Source: an uncultured Ruminococcus sp. (lineage in GTDB: Bacteria; Bacillota; Clostridia; Oscillospirales; CAG-272). From it: a DNA stretch of 41,781 bases. How positions within the stretch are numbered: position 1 is the stretch's first letter; every line of letters starts with the position of its first letter. The stretch covers positions 1 to 41,781 of the forward strand of contig CAZUJY010000001.1 in the NCBI GenBank assembly GCA_964620565.1. The letters are read 5' to 3'. Below, in pieces: positions 8,320 to 17,105 of this stretch. A model generated the notes under the pieces. That model saw nothing but the letters and a program-made list of their open reading frames with translations, made no database searches and was not told the origin of the DNA. The translations under genes were made by a program, and so were the position numbers.

Positions 8320-8934
8320 TTATCTTGCGAGCTTCTTCAGAGCAAGCTTGATTATCTCTCCGACGTCGGTTACAGAAGGGTCGATTCCCTTGAGCGCGGA
8401 GAGTACGGTGTTTCTGTCGTAGCCCAGAACTGCAAGAGCTTCGGCAGCCTCGGAAATTGAGGAATTTGATACAAAACTTGCGGCAGAACCCAAAACTGCT
8501 TTTGTTGTTTCGGTAGAACCAAACATTTCCTTGGACATCTTATCCTTAAGCTCAAGGATGATTCTCGCAGCCGATTTTGCACCGATTCCGGGGGATTTTG
8601 CAATAGCCTTCGTATCGTCTGTGCAGATAGCAACGGCAAGCTTTTCGGGAGTCATGGTGGAGAGAATACTCATTGCCGCCTTTGGACCGATTCCGCTGAC
8701 GCTGGTAAGTCTGTTAAAGCACTCCTTTTCTTCATAGGAGCCGAAGCCGAACATCTCGATTCCGTCCTCTCTTACCGCAAGGTGGGTGTAAAGCTTAACC
8801 TGCTTTCCCAGCTTTGAGAGCAGGGACTCGGAGGTGATAAAGCTGACTGTAAGTCTGTATCCTACGCCACCGCAATCGATAACGCAGGTGTTGATATCTC
8901 TGTAAGTGAGCTCGCCGTTAAGATAATAAAACAT
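8320..8934 (-). CDS. ruvA: Holliday junction DNA helicase subunit RuvA
   Basis: 'MFYYLNGEL...VIDCGGVGY' N-terminus and HhH motifs 'VSGIGPKAA' and 'SPGIGAKSA'. Located immediately upstream of ruvB. 204 aa. Confidence 0.93.
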   Translation of the reverse strand: MFYYLNGELTYRDINTCVIDCGGVGYRLTVSFITSESLLSKLGKQVKLYTHLAVREDGIEMFGFGSYEEKECFNRLTSVSGIGPKAAMSILSTMTPEKLAVAICTDDTKAIAKSPGIGAKSAARIILELKDKMSKEMFGSTETTKAVLGSAASFVSNSSISEAAEALAVLGYDRNTVLSALKGIDPSVTDVGEIIKLALKKLAR

Positions 8935-8950
8935 TAAATCTGTCCTTTCT

Positions 8951-9151
8951 TTAACCTTTATCCTCGGTGGTGATGACCCTCTTGATCATTTTTTCAAGCG
9001 ATTCTCTTGGGAAGGTCATATCACGTCCGCAGCCTTCACACTTAACTCGAACGTCGCTTCCTGCTCGCATTACCAGGAAAACGTCGGCAGAGCAGGGATG
9101 CTTCTTTTTCATTAAGATACGGTCGCCGACCGATAGCTTGATAATCTGCAT
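8951..9151 (-). CDS. DUF951 family small protein (CxxC...CxxC)
   Basis: 'GDRILMKKKHPCSADVFLVMRAGSDVRVKCEGCGRDMTFPR' matches the DUF951 pattern. Start moved to the ATG at 9151, 7 nt after GGAG. 66 aa. Confidence 0.7.
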   Translation of the reverse strand: MQIIKLSVGDRILMKKKHPCSADVFLVMRAGSDVRVKCEGCGRDMTFPRESLEKMIKRVITTEDKG

Positions 9152-9356
9152 ATTGACTCCGTTCTGCCTTATGTATGTCATTCAGGCAAGCTTTTTAGAT
9201 GATTATGCCACCGTTTCATCAGGATATATATTTCCAACAATATCATATCATAAACTTTCGGCTTTTTCAAGTCGATTTTTAAAAATACAAATAAAAATCG
9301 GTCGCAATTTTTACATGAATAAAAATGCAAAAACATGCAAAAATGCTTGAAATCGG

Positions 9357-9385
9357 TTGACAAGTATATTAAAATATAGTATAAT
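9357..9385 (+). promoter_or_regulatory. Consensus sigma-A promoter for the nusB operon, with an A-tract UP-like region upstream
   Basis: TTGACA (9357..9362), 17-nt spacer, TATAAT (9380..9385). Repeated 'atgcaaaaa' A-tracts at about 9320..9350. Confidence 0.65.
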
Positions 9386-9418
9386 ATATTGATTTTATTT
9401 ATTTTGCGAGGTTTTGAC

Positions 9419-9820
9419 ATGCAAAGAAAATTAGCAAGAGAAAATGCTTTTATGCTCATTTTTGAGAGCGTTTGTAAGAAGGACGAGACTGCGGAGGAGA
9501 TTTTTGATAAGGCAACCAACATCCGTGGCCTTGAGGTCGACGATTACGTAAAGACCGTGTTCTTTGGCGCTTATGAGAATGCGGCAAGGATTGATGAAGC
9601 TATTGAAAAGAACCTTAAGGGTTGGAAGATGGAAAGAATTTCTCCCGTATCCATGGCTATTTTAAGGCTTGGATGCTATGAGCTGATGTTCCTCTCCGAC
9701 ATTCCCGGTAAGGTAAGTATAAATGAGGCGATCGAGCTTGCGAAGAAGTTTGATGACGAAAAGTCATATTCCTTCGTTAACGGCGTTCTTAACGGCGTAT
9801 CGCTTGAATACAGCAAATAA
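9419..9820 (+). CDS. nusB: Transcription antitermination factor NusB
   Basis: 'RKLARENAFMLIF', 'W.MERISPVSMAILRLGCYEL' and 'INEAIELAKKF...SYSFVNGVL'. Start at the ATG at 9419, after GAGG. 133 aa. Confidence 0.9.
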   Translation: MQRKLARENAFMLIFESVCKKDETAEEIFDKATNIRGLEVDDYVKTVFFGAYENAARIDEAIEKNLKGWKMERISPVSMAILRLGCYELMFLSDIPGKVSINEAIELAKKFDDEKSYSFVNGVLNGVSLEYSK

Positions 9821-9822
9821 TT

Positions 9823-10782
9823 ATGTGCGAGAGCGTAATTCTTGGAATAGATACCAGTAACTACACCACCTCGGTAGCCATTCTTTCGCTTGACGGCAGG
9901 CTTATAGCCAATCTGAAAAGACCGCTTCCCGTTAAGGCGGGCGAGCGTGGACTTCGTCAGTCGGATGCTGTTTTTACTCATACCGTTAATATTCCCGAGC
10001 TTATGCGTGAGGCAGGGGAGCTGCTTTCTGAATATAATGTTGTTGCCGTAGGTGTGAGCGCCACACCCAGAAATGAGGAGGGCTCATACATGCCTTGCTT
10101 TTTGTGCGGTGTTGCGGCGGCGGAGAGCATTTGCGCTACTCACAAGATTCCGCTGTTCCGTTTTTCTCACCAGTGCGGTCATATTATGGCGGCGGTTTAC
10201 TCCTCGGGTGAAGCCGATCTTCTTAATAGGGAATTCGGCGCATTTCACGTATCGGGAGGAACCACCGAGCTTGTTCGTGTTACTCCCACAGACCGTGGCT
10301 TTGAAACAACGCTGCTTGGCGGTACAGCCGACGTAAATGCAGGGCAGATCATAGACCGAATTGGCGTTTATCTCGGTATGAGGTTTCCTGCAGGCTCGGC
10401 TCTCGAGGCGGAGGCGCTGAAAAATACCGAAAAGCTGCCTAAAAAGAAGGTGTGCGCCAATGGTATGACGGTTAATCTTTCCGGACTTGAGAATATGGCT
10501 ATCAAGCTGTATAATGATACCTGCAACGCTCCTCTCACGGCGGCATTTGTGTTCGACTATATCGGCAGATCAATATCTGCCATGCTTGACGAATATATAA
10601 GACAGTTTGGCGACAGCAGAGTTGTCCTTGCGGGCGGAGTAATGTGCAACAGCATAATAAAAAATATGCTTAAGGAACGCTACGACGTATGCTTTGCCGA
10701 GCCCGCTATGTCGGCTGACAATGCGGTTGGAGTTGTTGCACTTGCCCTTAGGGCATATAAATCGGAGAAAACCAGTGATTGA
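9823..10782 (+). CDS. Divergent TsaD/Kae1 (peptidase M22, ASKHA-fold) family paralog
   Basis: It can be aligned block by block with TsaD:
- 'GIDTSNYTTSVAI' versus 'GIETSCDET.IA'.
- 'SHQCGH' versus the 'HHMEGH' metal site.
- 'VSGGTTEL', 'DVNAGQIIDRIGVYLG', 'LAGGVMCN' and 'SADNAVGV'.
319 aa. The ATG lies 2 nt after the nusB stop. Confidence 0.7.
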   Translation: MCESVILGIDTSNYTTSVAILSLDGRLIANLKRPLPVKAGERGLRQSDAVFTHTVNIPELMREAGELLSEYNVVAVGVSATPRNEEGSYMPCFLCGVAAAESICATHKIPLFRFSHQCGHIMAAVYSSGEADLLNREFGAFHVSGGTTELVRVTPTDRGFETTLLGGTADVNAGQIIDRIGVYLGMRFPAGSALEAEALKNTEKLPKKKVCANGMTVNLSGLENMAIKLYNDTCNAPLTAAFVFDYIGRSISAMLDEYIRQFGDSRVVLAGGVMCNSIIKNMLKERYDVCFAEPAMSADNAVGVVALALRAYKSEKTSD

Positions 10783-12010
10783 TATTAATTCGCTCAGAGA
10801 TCGGGATAATACGGCACCCTTTTCGGTGTCCGATCTTAACGAGTATATAAAAACCATTTTTGAGAACAATCGCACTCTGTCCTCGGTGACGGTAAGGGGA
10901 GAAATATCCAATTTTGTAAATCACAGAAGCGGACATCTGTATTTTTCTCTCAAGGATCCTGACGGACAGATCAGAGCGGTTATGTTCAGATCAAGAGCGC
11001 AGACGCTCAGATTTATGCCCGAGTCGGGTATGAAGGTGATCGTTCATGGCTCTGTGACCGTATATCCACGTGACGGATCCTATCAGCTTTACGTGTCCTC
11101 GATGCAGCCCGACGGGATCGGCGCCCTTTATCTTGCTTACGAGCAGTTGAAGGCAAGACTTGCCGAGGAGGGACTCTTTGACGAGGAGCATAAAAAGCCT
11201 ATACCCGAGTTTCCTCGCAGGATAGGTGTGATAACCTCGCCTACGGGCGCAGCCGTACGTGATATTATTAATGTAACGGGCAGAAGATACTCGAATGCCG
11301 AGGTGTTCCTTTATCCCGCCTTGGTGCAGGGCGAAGGGGCAGAGGAGAGTCTTGTAAAAGCCCTTGATTACCTGGATCGCTCGGAACTCTGTGACGTCAT
11401 AATTATAGGCCGTGGCGGCGGATCAATCGAGGATCTGTGGGCGTTTAACAGCGAGAAGCTGGCAAGACGTATTTTTGATACCAGAGTTCCGATAATCTCT
11501 GCCGTTGGTCACGAAACCGATTTTACCATCTGCGATTTCGTTGCCGATCTTCGCGCGCCCACACCGTCTGCGGCAGCAGAGCTTGCCGTTCCTGACAAAA
11601 GAGAGCTTATGATGCGTCTTGATTCTTATGATGAGAGGCTTGCTTTGGCTCTTGTACGCAAGGTCGATCGCTCGAAGGAAAGGCTTGAGCGTATGAAGAC
11701 GATGCTCGACACCTTCTCGGTGGACAATTTAATTAAAGTGCGCAGGGATAGTCTGTCGAGGCTTTATGAAAAGGCAAATCTACTTGTAAAATCCAGACTT
11801 GACAGGGCGAGGGAACGACTTTCGGTAAGCGCAAGCAAGACCGATGCCTTAAGTCCGCTTTCCATTCTGTCGAGAGGATATACAATAGCAGAAATTGGCG
11901 GAAGAGTGGTAAAATCCACCTCCGACGTGAATATAGACGACACTATTCGCCTGATCCTGCGGGACGGTGAGATCGGTGCCAGAGTTACAGATATCAAAAA
12001 GGAGAAATAA
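10775..12010 (+). CDS. xseA: Exodeoxyribonuclease VII large subunit
   Basis: 'FSVSDLNEYIKTIFE...V.VRGEISNF..HRSGHLYFSLKD', 'IGVITSPTGAAVRD' and 'VISAVGHETDFTI.D.VAD.RAPTPSAAAE'. A GTG at 10775 lies 7 nt after GGAG. It overlaps the preceding stop by 8 nt. Confidence 0.9.
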   Translation: MIDINSLRDRDNTAPFSVSDLNEYIKTIFENNRTLSSVTVRGEISNFVNHRSGHLYFSLKDPDGQIRAVMFRSRAQTLRFMPESGMKVIVHGSVTVYPRDGSYQLYVSSMQPDGIGALYLAYEQLKARLAEEGLFDEEHKKPIPEFPRRIGVITSPTGAAVRDIINVTGRRYSNAEVFLYPALVQGEGAEESLVKALDYLDRSELCDVIIIGRGGGSIEDLWAFNSEKLARRIFDTRVPIISAVGHETDFTICDFVADLRAPTPSAAAELAVPDKRELMMRLDSYDERLALALVRKVDRSKERLERMKTMLDTFSVDNLIKVRRDSLSRLYEKANLLVKSRLDRARERLSVSASKTDALSPLSILSRGYTIAEIGGRVVKSTSDVNIDDTIRLILRDGEIGARVTDIKKEK

Positions 12011-12013
12011 GCC

Positions 12014-12247
12014 TTGAAGGATATAAATTTTGAAGAAGCAATGTTAAAGCTTGAGGGCGAGGTAAAGAAGCTTGAGAGCGGCAATATGACTCTTGACGAG
12101 TCCATAGCGGCATTCGAGGAGGCTGTAAAGCTTATTCGTGTTTGTAACGAGAAGCTTGAAAATGCAGAGCGCAGAGTTCGTATTTTAACAGAATCCTCTG
12201 ACGGCAGTATAACCGATCTGCCCTTTGATATTGATAATGAGGCTTGA
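12014..12247 (+). CDS. xseB: Exodeoxyribonuclease VII small subunit
   Basis: 'FEEAMLKLE..V.KLESGNMTLDESIAAFEEAVKL...C' is typical XseB. TTG start 9 nt after GGAG. 77 aa. Confidence 0.9.
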   Translation: MKDINFEEAMLKLEGEVKKLESGNMTLDESIAAFEEAVKLIRVCNEKLENAERRVRILTESSDGSITDLPFDIDNEA

Positions 12248-12965
12248 CGTTTATTTGGCCGAAAGCTCGCTGGTTGACAGCAGAACAGATGCCAAGGTAT
12301 TTATCCTTGCAGGTGCTGTTTCTGTAAACGGTAAGGTCGTAAAAAAGCCTTCGTATGAGGTTGACGGAAGCGAGGATATTACGGTTGACAAGAGCGGCAA
12401 GCGTTACGTCAGCCGTGGCGGTCTTAAGCTGGAGGCGGCGCTTGACGCCTTCTTGGTTGATCCCTCGGGCGCTCTGGCGCTTGACGTGGGGGCATCAAGC
12501 GGAGGCTTTACCGACTGTCTTTTAAAGCGTGGTGCATCCCACGTTATAGCCGTTGATTCAGGCTCGGGTCAGCTTGTGGATTCCATAAGACGTGACGAGC
12601 GTGTAACGGTTTTTGAAAACTTTAATGCAAGATATATGATCCCTGCCGACTTTGAATATGTCCCAAGCCTTGCGGTTATGGACGTTTCCTTCATCTCGGC
12701 AAAGCTGATTATTCCCGCCGTAGCTTCTGTGCTATCTTCGGGCGGTAGATTTATCTGTCTTATCAAGCCGCAGTTTGAGGTGGGCAGATCCGGTCTTAAC
12801 AAGAAGGGAATTGTAAAGAGCGCAGAGCTTCGAAAGAGGGCTGCCGATGAGGTCGTTGAATCGGCCTTACTTTGCGGATTTCGGCTATTAGGCCTTATTG
12901 AATCGCCTATAATCGGCGGTGACGGAAACGTTGAATATCTTGCTTATTTCAGCAAAGAGAATTAA
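12237..12965 (+). CDS. tlyA: TlyA family rRNA 2'-O-methyltransferase (S4 domain plus FtsJ-like MTase)
   Basis: 'MRLDVYL...SR..A...I..G.V.VNG' S4 N-terminus, 'YVSRGG.KLE.AL' and 'LDVGASSGGFTDCLL..GA'. It overlaps the xseB stop. 242 aa. Confidence 0.88.
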   Translation: MRLDVYLAESSLVDSRTDAKVFILAGAVSVNGKVVKKPSYEVDGSEDITVDKSGKRYVSRGGLKLEAALDAFLVDPSGALALDVGASSGGFTDCLLKRGASHVIAVDSGSGQLVDSIRRDERVTVFENFNARYMIPADFEYVPSLAVMDVSFISAKLIIPAVASVLSSGGRFICLIKPQFEVGRSGLNKKGIVKSAELRKRAADEVVESALLCGFRLLGLIESPIIGGDGNVEYLAYFSKEN

Positions 12966-13042
12966 GTAAACTAACCATATAAGCAGAGCATTAACACCTA
13001 AAACACATACATTTTCACGTATGATACGAAAGGATTTACATA

Positions 13043-13510
13043 ATGAAAAACGCAAGACAGCAAAAGATTCTCGAGATTATTGCAAAATACGATATTGACA
13101 CCCAGGATACTCTTATCAAGAAGCTGGCAGAGGAGGGCTATAACGTTACCCAGACCACAGCATCGAGAGATATAAGACAGCTTAATCTTATCAAGGGTGT
13201 AACAGCCAACGGAACCTATAAATACATAGCTCCCGGCTCGGTAGTTACTCACGAGCAGAAGACCCCTGTATTCAACTCCGCAATCACCGATGCGGTTGTA
13301 AGAGTTGAGGCCGCGGGACACATCGTTGTTGTCAGAACCTTCTCAGGTATGGCTAATGCCATCGCAGTATGCGTTGACTCGCTTCACAGAGAGGATATTG
13401 TCGGCTCTGTTGCAGGTGACGACACCATTCTTCTTGTTGTAAAGACCAGCGATGGCGCACGACAGCTTGAGACCGAGCTGAGAGAGACCTTTTGTATCAA
13501 CAAAAAATAA
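13043..13510 (+). CDS. argR: Arginine repressor
   Basis: 'RQQKILEII......TQD.L...L...G..VTQTTASRDIR.L.L.K' and the C-terminal 'GSVAGDDTILLV'. 155 aa. Confidence 0.92.
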   Translation: MKNARQQKILEIIAKYDIDTQDTLIKKLAEEGYNVTQTTASRDIRQLNLIKGVTANGTYKYIAPGSVVTHEQKTPVFNSAITDAVVRVEAAGHIVVVRTFSGMANAIAVCVDSLHREDIVGSVAGDDTILLVVKTSDGARQLETELRETFCINKK

Positions 13511-13529
13511 GCTTATTTGGAGATAAATA

Positions 13530-15224
13530 ATGCTACTTTCGTTGCATATAGAAAATATTGCCGTAATAAAATCGGTGGATTTCGATTTCAGACCGGGCTT
13601 TATGGTGCTTACGGGTGAGACCGGTGCCGGCAAATCCATAGTTATAGATAGCATCAACCTTCTCCTTGGCGGAAAGGGAGAGCGTGAGCTTATAAGACAC
13701 GGTGAGCCTTATGCTATGGTCAGCGGTCTTTTCGGCGAGCTTTCCTGCTATACTGTTGAACGACTATCCGAGCTTGGTATCAGAGCGGGAGAGGACGGAA
13801 CTATCCTCATCCAGCGCACGCTTGGTCCCGACGGCAAAAATAAAATAATGCTTAACGGCAGGAGTATCAGCCTTGCCGTCCTTAAGAGTGCAATGCCTTA
13901 TCTTGTCAGCGTTCACGGACAGAGCGATACTGCAAATCTCGTTAACTCAAAGAATCACCTTGAGCTTATCGATGTTTACGCAGGCTGCGAGGAGCTTCTT
14001 GACACCTACAGAGCGGCGTATTCAAATCTTGAATCTATTCGCAGAGAAAAGAATGAGCTTATCAAAAAGGCTCACGAGGGCGAAAGGATGAAGGAGATCC
14101 TTGCATATCAGATCAAGGACATCGACTCCGTATCGCTTCACTCGGGAGAGGAAGAAGAACTTGTCGACAAAAAGGTCAAGATAAGGAACAGCGAGAAGAT
14201 AACCAAAAACTCCGAGTTCGTTTTCAAGGCCTTGAAGGGAAGCGAGCGCGGTAGCGTTTCCTATCTTCTTGACAGGAGCGTTACCGCACTTTCCCAGCTC
14301 TCCGACGTGGTTTCCGGCTTTGGAGAATATTCCGAGCGACTTCGTGATATGCTTTACCAGGTGGATGACATTGCCGAGGAGGTTTATGCAGTCTTCGCCG
14401 AGATAGATGAGGATCCTACCGCTACGCTTAATGAGATCGAGTCAAGGCTTGATAAGATCTCAAAGCTCAAGCGCAAATACGGTCTGACCGTTGATGAGGT
14501 TCTTGCATTCCGTGATAAAGCGATGAGAGAGTATGAGGCGCTGGAAAATTCGGATGACCTTATAGAGCAGCTCACCGTAAAGGAAAGGGAAGCATATAAC
14601 GAGGCTCTTAAGCTTGCAGATAAGCTTCACGCTATCCGTACAGAAGCGGCGGCAGGCCTTGAAGAGAAGGTAAAAGAGACTCTTGAGTTCCTTGATATGC
14701 CGAAGGTTGTTTTCTTTGCATCTATAAAAGAGAGCTTTAACGCAGGAGAAAAGACGCTTAATAAGGACGGCTCTGACACTGTTGAGTTCTATATCAGCGC
14801 AAACCGCGGTGCAGAGCCTCAGCCTCTTTCCAAGATTGCCTCGGGCGGTGAGATGTCGAGAATAATGCTGGCTCTTAAGAGCGTTATTGCAGACAAGGAC
14901 GGAATTCCTACGGTAATTTACGATGAGATAGATGCGGGAGTATCCGGCAAGACCGCCAGAAAGATCGGTATTAAGATGCTTGGTCTTTCTGACAATACAC
15001 AGCTGTTCTGTGTCACTCACAGCGCACAGATTGCATCACTCGGAGACGTACATTTCCTTATCAGCAAGGGCGACGTCAACGGGGCAACGGAAACATCGGT
15101 AACTGAGCTTGACTATGAGGGCAGAGTTGCCGAGCTGTCTAGAATTCTCGGCGGCATTGATGTAACCGATTCTCAGCGTGAGGCTGCAAGAGATATGCTT
15201 GCGGAGAGAAAGGATTACAAATAA
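13530..15224 (+). CDS. recN: DNA repair protein RecN
   Basis: 'MLLSLHIENIAVIKS...LTGETGAGKSI..DSI', 'ASGGEMSRIMLALK' and 'FDEIDAGVSG'. 564 aa. Confidence 0.95.
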   Translation: MLLSLHIENIAVIKSVDFDFRPGFMVLTGETGAGKSIVIDSINLLLGGKGERELIRHGEPYAMVSGLFGELSCYTVERLSELGIRAGEDGTILIQRTLGPDGKNKIMLNGRSISLAVLKSAMPYLVSVHGQSDTANLVNSKNHLELIDVYAGCEELLDTYRAAYSNLESIRREKNELIKKAHEGERMKEILAYQIKDIDSVSLHSGEEEELVDKKVKIRNSEKITKNSEFVFKALKGSERGSVSYLLDRSVTALSQLSDVVSGFGEYSERLRDMLYQVDDIAEEVYAVFAEIDEDPTATLNEIESRLDKISKLKRKYGLTVDEVLAFRDKAMREYEALENSDDLIEQLTVKEREAYNEALKLADKLHAIRTEAAAGLEEKVKETLEFLDMPKVVFFASIKESFNAGEKTLNKDGSDTVEFYISANRGAEPQPLSKIASGGEMSRIMLALKSVIADKDGIPTVIYDEIDAGVSGKTARKIGIKMLGLSDNTQLFCVTHSAQIASLGDVHFLISKGDVNGATETSVTELDYEGRVAELSRILGGIDVTDSQREAARDMLAERKDYK

Positions 15225-15245
15225 TTTATAACAACAGGAGCATTC

Positions 15246-16145
15246 GTGAATAGGGAAATTATAGATTTTCTTAAAATGAATGACGTTGAATATAAAGAAG
15301 AACTAAAGCTTTCCAAAATTTCGCCAATAAAGATCGGAGGGGCGGCAGATACCGTTGCTTATCCAAAAAGTGAAGAAGAGCTTGTAATGCTTGTTGAATT
15401 TCTAAATAAATCAATAAACCCATACAAAATTCTAGGCAGAATGTCAAATGTACTTCCGCCTGATGAAAAATACGGCGGAACCCTGATCCGCACGGACCGT
15501 ATCAATACCCATTCTTTAGATGGAAATATTCTGGAGGTTGGTGCCGGAGCATCTATGCCTACGATCGCAAAAATACTCTGTGACAGAGGCCTTAGCGGTT
15601 TTGAGGGGCTGTCGGGCATACCCGGAAGTATTGGCGGTGCTGTAGTTGGTAATGCCGGTGCTTTTGGCAGGGAAATTTCCGATCTTGTTATTGATCTTAA
15701 AATTTACGATCTCGAAGTCAAGAAAATCATCTGCTTATCAGCCGATCAGTGCGGCTTTTCATACCGTGATTCGGATTTTAAGCGACGGCCGTGGATAATT
15801 CTCTCTGTAAGGCTTAATTTAAGCCGATCTGACACATTTGCCGTTGCTTCGGAGATGAACCGGATCAGGCAAATACGAAAAAACACCCAGCCCACAGATA
15901 AGCTATCCCTTGGCAGCACCTTTAAGAGACCTTCAGAAAGCATTTCTGCCGCAAGGCTTATAGACCAATGCGGACTTAAGAGCTTTTCGGTCGGTGGTGC
16001 GAAAGTATCCGAAAAGCACGCCGGATTTATTATCAATAATGGCGGCGCAACGGCTGCGGATTATATTCAGCTTTCAGATCTTGCCGCAAAATGCGTGTAT
16101 GAAAAATATAATATAAAGCTCTACCGTGAGATTGAAATTATGTAA
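15246..16145 (+). CDS. murB: UDP-N-acetylenolpyruvoylglucosamine reductase
   Basis: 'IKIGGAADT.AYP.SEEEL', 'GIPGSIGGAVVGNAGA.G.E', 'GSTFKRP' and 'GGA.VSEKHAGFIIN'. GTG start after AGGAG. 299 aa. Confidence 0.93.
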   Translation: MNREIIDFLKMNDVEYKEELKLSKISPIKIGGAADTVAYPKSEEELVMLVEFLNKSINPYKILGRMSNVLPPDEKYGGTLIRTDRINTHSLDGNILEVGAGASMPTIAKILCDRGLSGFEGLSGIPGSIGGAVVGNAGAFGREISDLVIDLKIYDLEVKKIICLSADQCGFSYRDSDFKRRPWIILSVRLNLSRSDTFAVASEMNRIRQIRKNTQPTDKLSLGSTFKRPSESISAARLIDQCGLKSFSVGGAKVSEKHAGFIINNGGATAADYIQLSDLAAKCVYEKYNIKLYREIEIM

Positions 16146-16156
16146 GGAGGAAGGAT

Positions 16157-17071
16157 ATGTCGGTATCTGCGGAACAGAAAAATGAAATAATCAGCCACGT
16201 ATATAAGTCCTCCTGCTGCAGACGTGCCTTGCTCACGGGAATCCTTTTCGCAAAGGGAAGGACAGAGGACAAAACCGTCACTTTAGCTCTTGAAAAGAAG
16301 GAGTATGCTGATTTTACCGCAAAGCTTGTCCGTGAGTTTTACGGAAAGGATGCAGAGATCTACCGCTCGTCAAAGGGAGGCAGAAATGTATTGCTATCCT
16401 TCGATTCTCCGTCTGCCTCGGGTTTTATTGCCGAGGTAGAGGCAGAGCCTCCTAATATAGAAGATTTTTCGGTAATTGACATCCTTCATCAGAAATGTCC
16501 GTCCTGTCTACCCGCTTTTTTGAGAGGCGTTTTTCTTGCCTCAGGCAGACTTTCAGATCCTGAAAAACAGTTTTCGCTTGAATTCAGTCTTGGCGACAGA
16601 ACAGCAAGATTTGATAAGATCCTTCGTGATCTTGATATGACTCCGCTCATTTCTCACAAAAAGGGCGGTGATATTCTTTACTTCAGAAAGGGTGACGAGA
16701 TCGAGACCTTTTACGGTCACGCAGGACTTAACGGCCTTGTGTTTACTATTATCGAAACGAAGATCAAGTCGCTTGCAAGAAGAGAATCTCAGCGTTACCT
16801 TAATTGCGTAACCAGTAACTATGGCAGAATGGCGGCGGTTTCCGAAAGACAAGTAAGCATTATTTCCCGTCTTAACGAGCTACAGCTCCTTACCTCGCTT
16901 CCCGACGAGCTTGAGGAAACAGCCAGACTAAAGCTTGATTATCCCGATCTGCCTCTTTCGGCGCTTGCGGCTAAAATGACGCCTGCTATAACCAAATCGG
17001 GACTTTCGCACAGACTTAAAAAAATTGAGGAAATCGGCACAAGACTTTTAAAGCTTGATGACGAACAGTAA
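16157..17071 (+). CDS. whiA: DNA-binding sporulation/cell-division regulator WhiA
   Basis: N-terminal 'CCRRALL.GI', a degenerate LAGLIDADG-like middle 'FLRGVFLASG', and a C-terminal HTH 'KSGLSHRLKKIEEI'. 304 aa. Confidence 0.92.
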   Translation: MSVSAEQKNEIISHVYKSSCCRRALLTGILFAKGRTEDKTVTLALEKKEYADFTAKLVREFYGKDAEIYRSSKGGRNVLLSFDSPSASGFIAEVEAEPPNIEDFSVIDILHQKCPSCLPAFLRGVFLASGRLSDPEKQFSLEFSLGDRTARFDKILRDLDMTPLISHKKGGDILYFRKGDEIETFYGHAGLNGLVFTIIETKIKSLARRESQRYLNCVTSNYGRMAAVSERQVSIISRLNELQLLTSLPDELEETARLKLDYPDLPLSALAAKMTPAITKSGLSHRLKKIEEIGTRLLKLDDEQ

Positions 17072-17105
17072 ACATACGAAATTTTACAGAAAGGCGGTAA
17101 AGCTT

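Noticed and set aside
8935-9260. Search for LexA (Cheo-type CGAAC-N4-GTTCG) boxes upstream of ruvAB/DUF951, and also upstream of recN (13480..13530)
   Set aside because: No convincing match was seen by eye, so no SOS-box claim is made. A position weight matrix scan would be needed to exclude degenerate sites.
9283-9310. AT-rich 9-bp inverted repeat (cgattttta...taaaaatcg) in the DUF951/nusB divergent spacer
   Set aside because: Low-complexity AT-rich sequence in a promoter region. Such matches are expected by chance, and it has no terminator or operator context.
10694-10774. Upstream ATG extension of xseA
   Set aside because: It overlaps the 3' end of the TsaD-like gene by 89 nt and adds non-conserved residues. 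The GTG at 10775 has GGAG 7 nt upstream and gives the usual XseA N-terminus.
17055-17105. Upstream extension of dnaE overlapping whiA
   Set aside because: DnaE proteins start a few residues before the 'HLH.HT.YSLLDG' PHP motif. The ATG at 17106 fits this. The choice is not certain.
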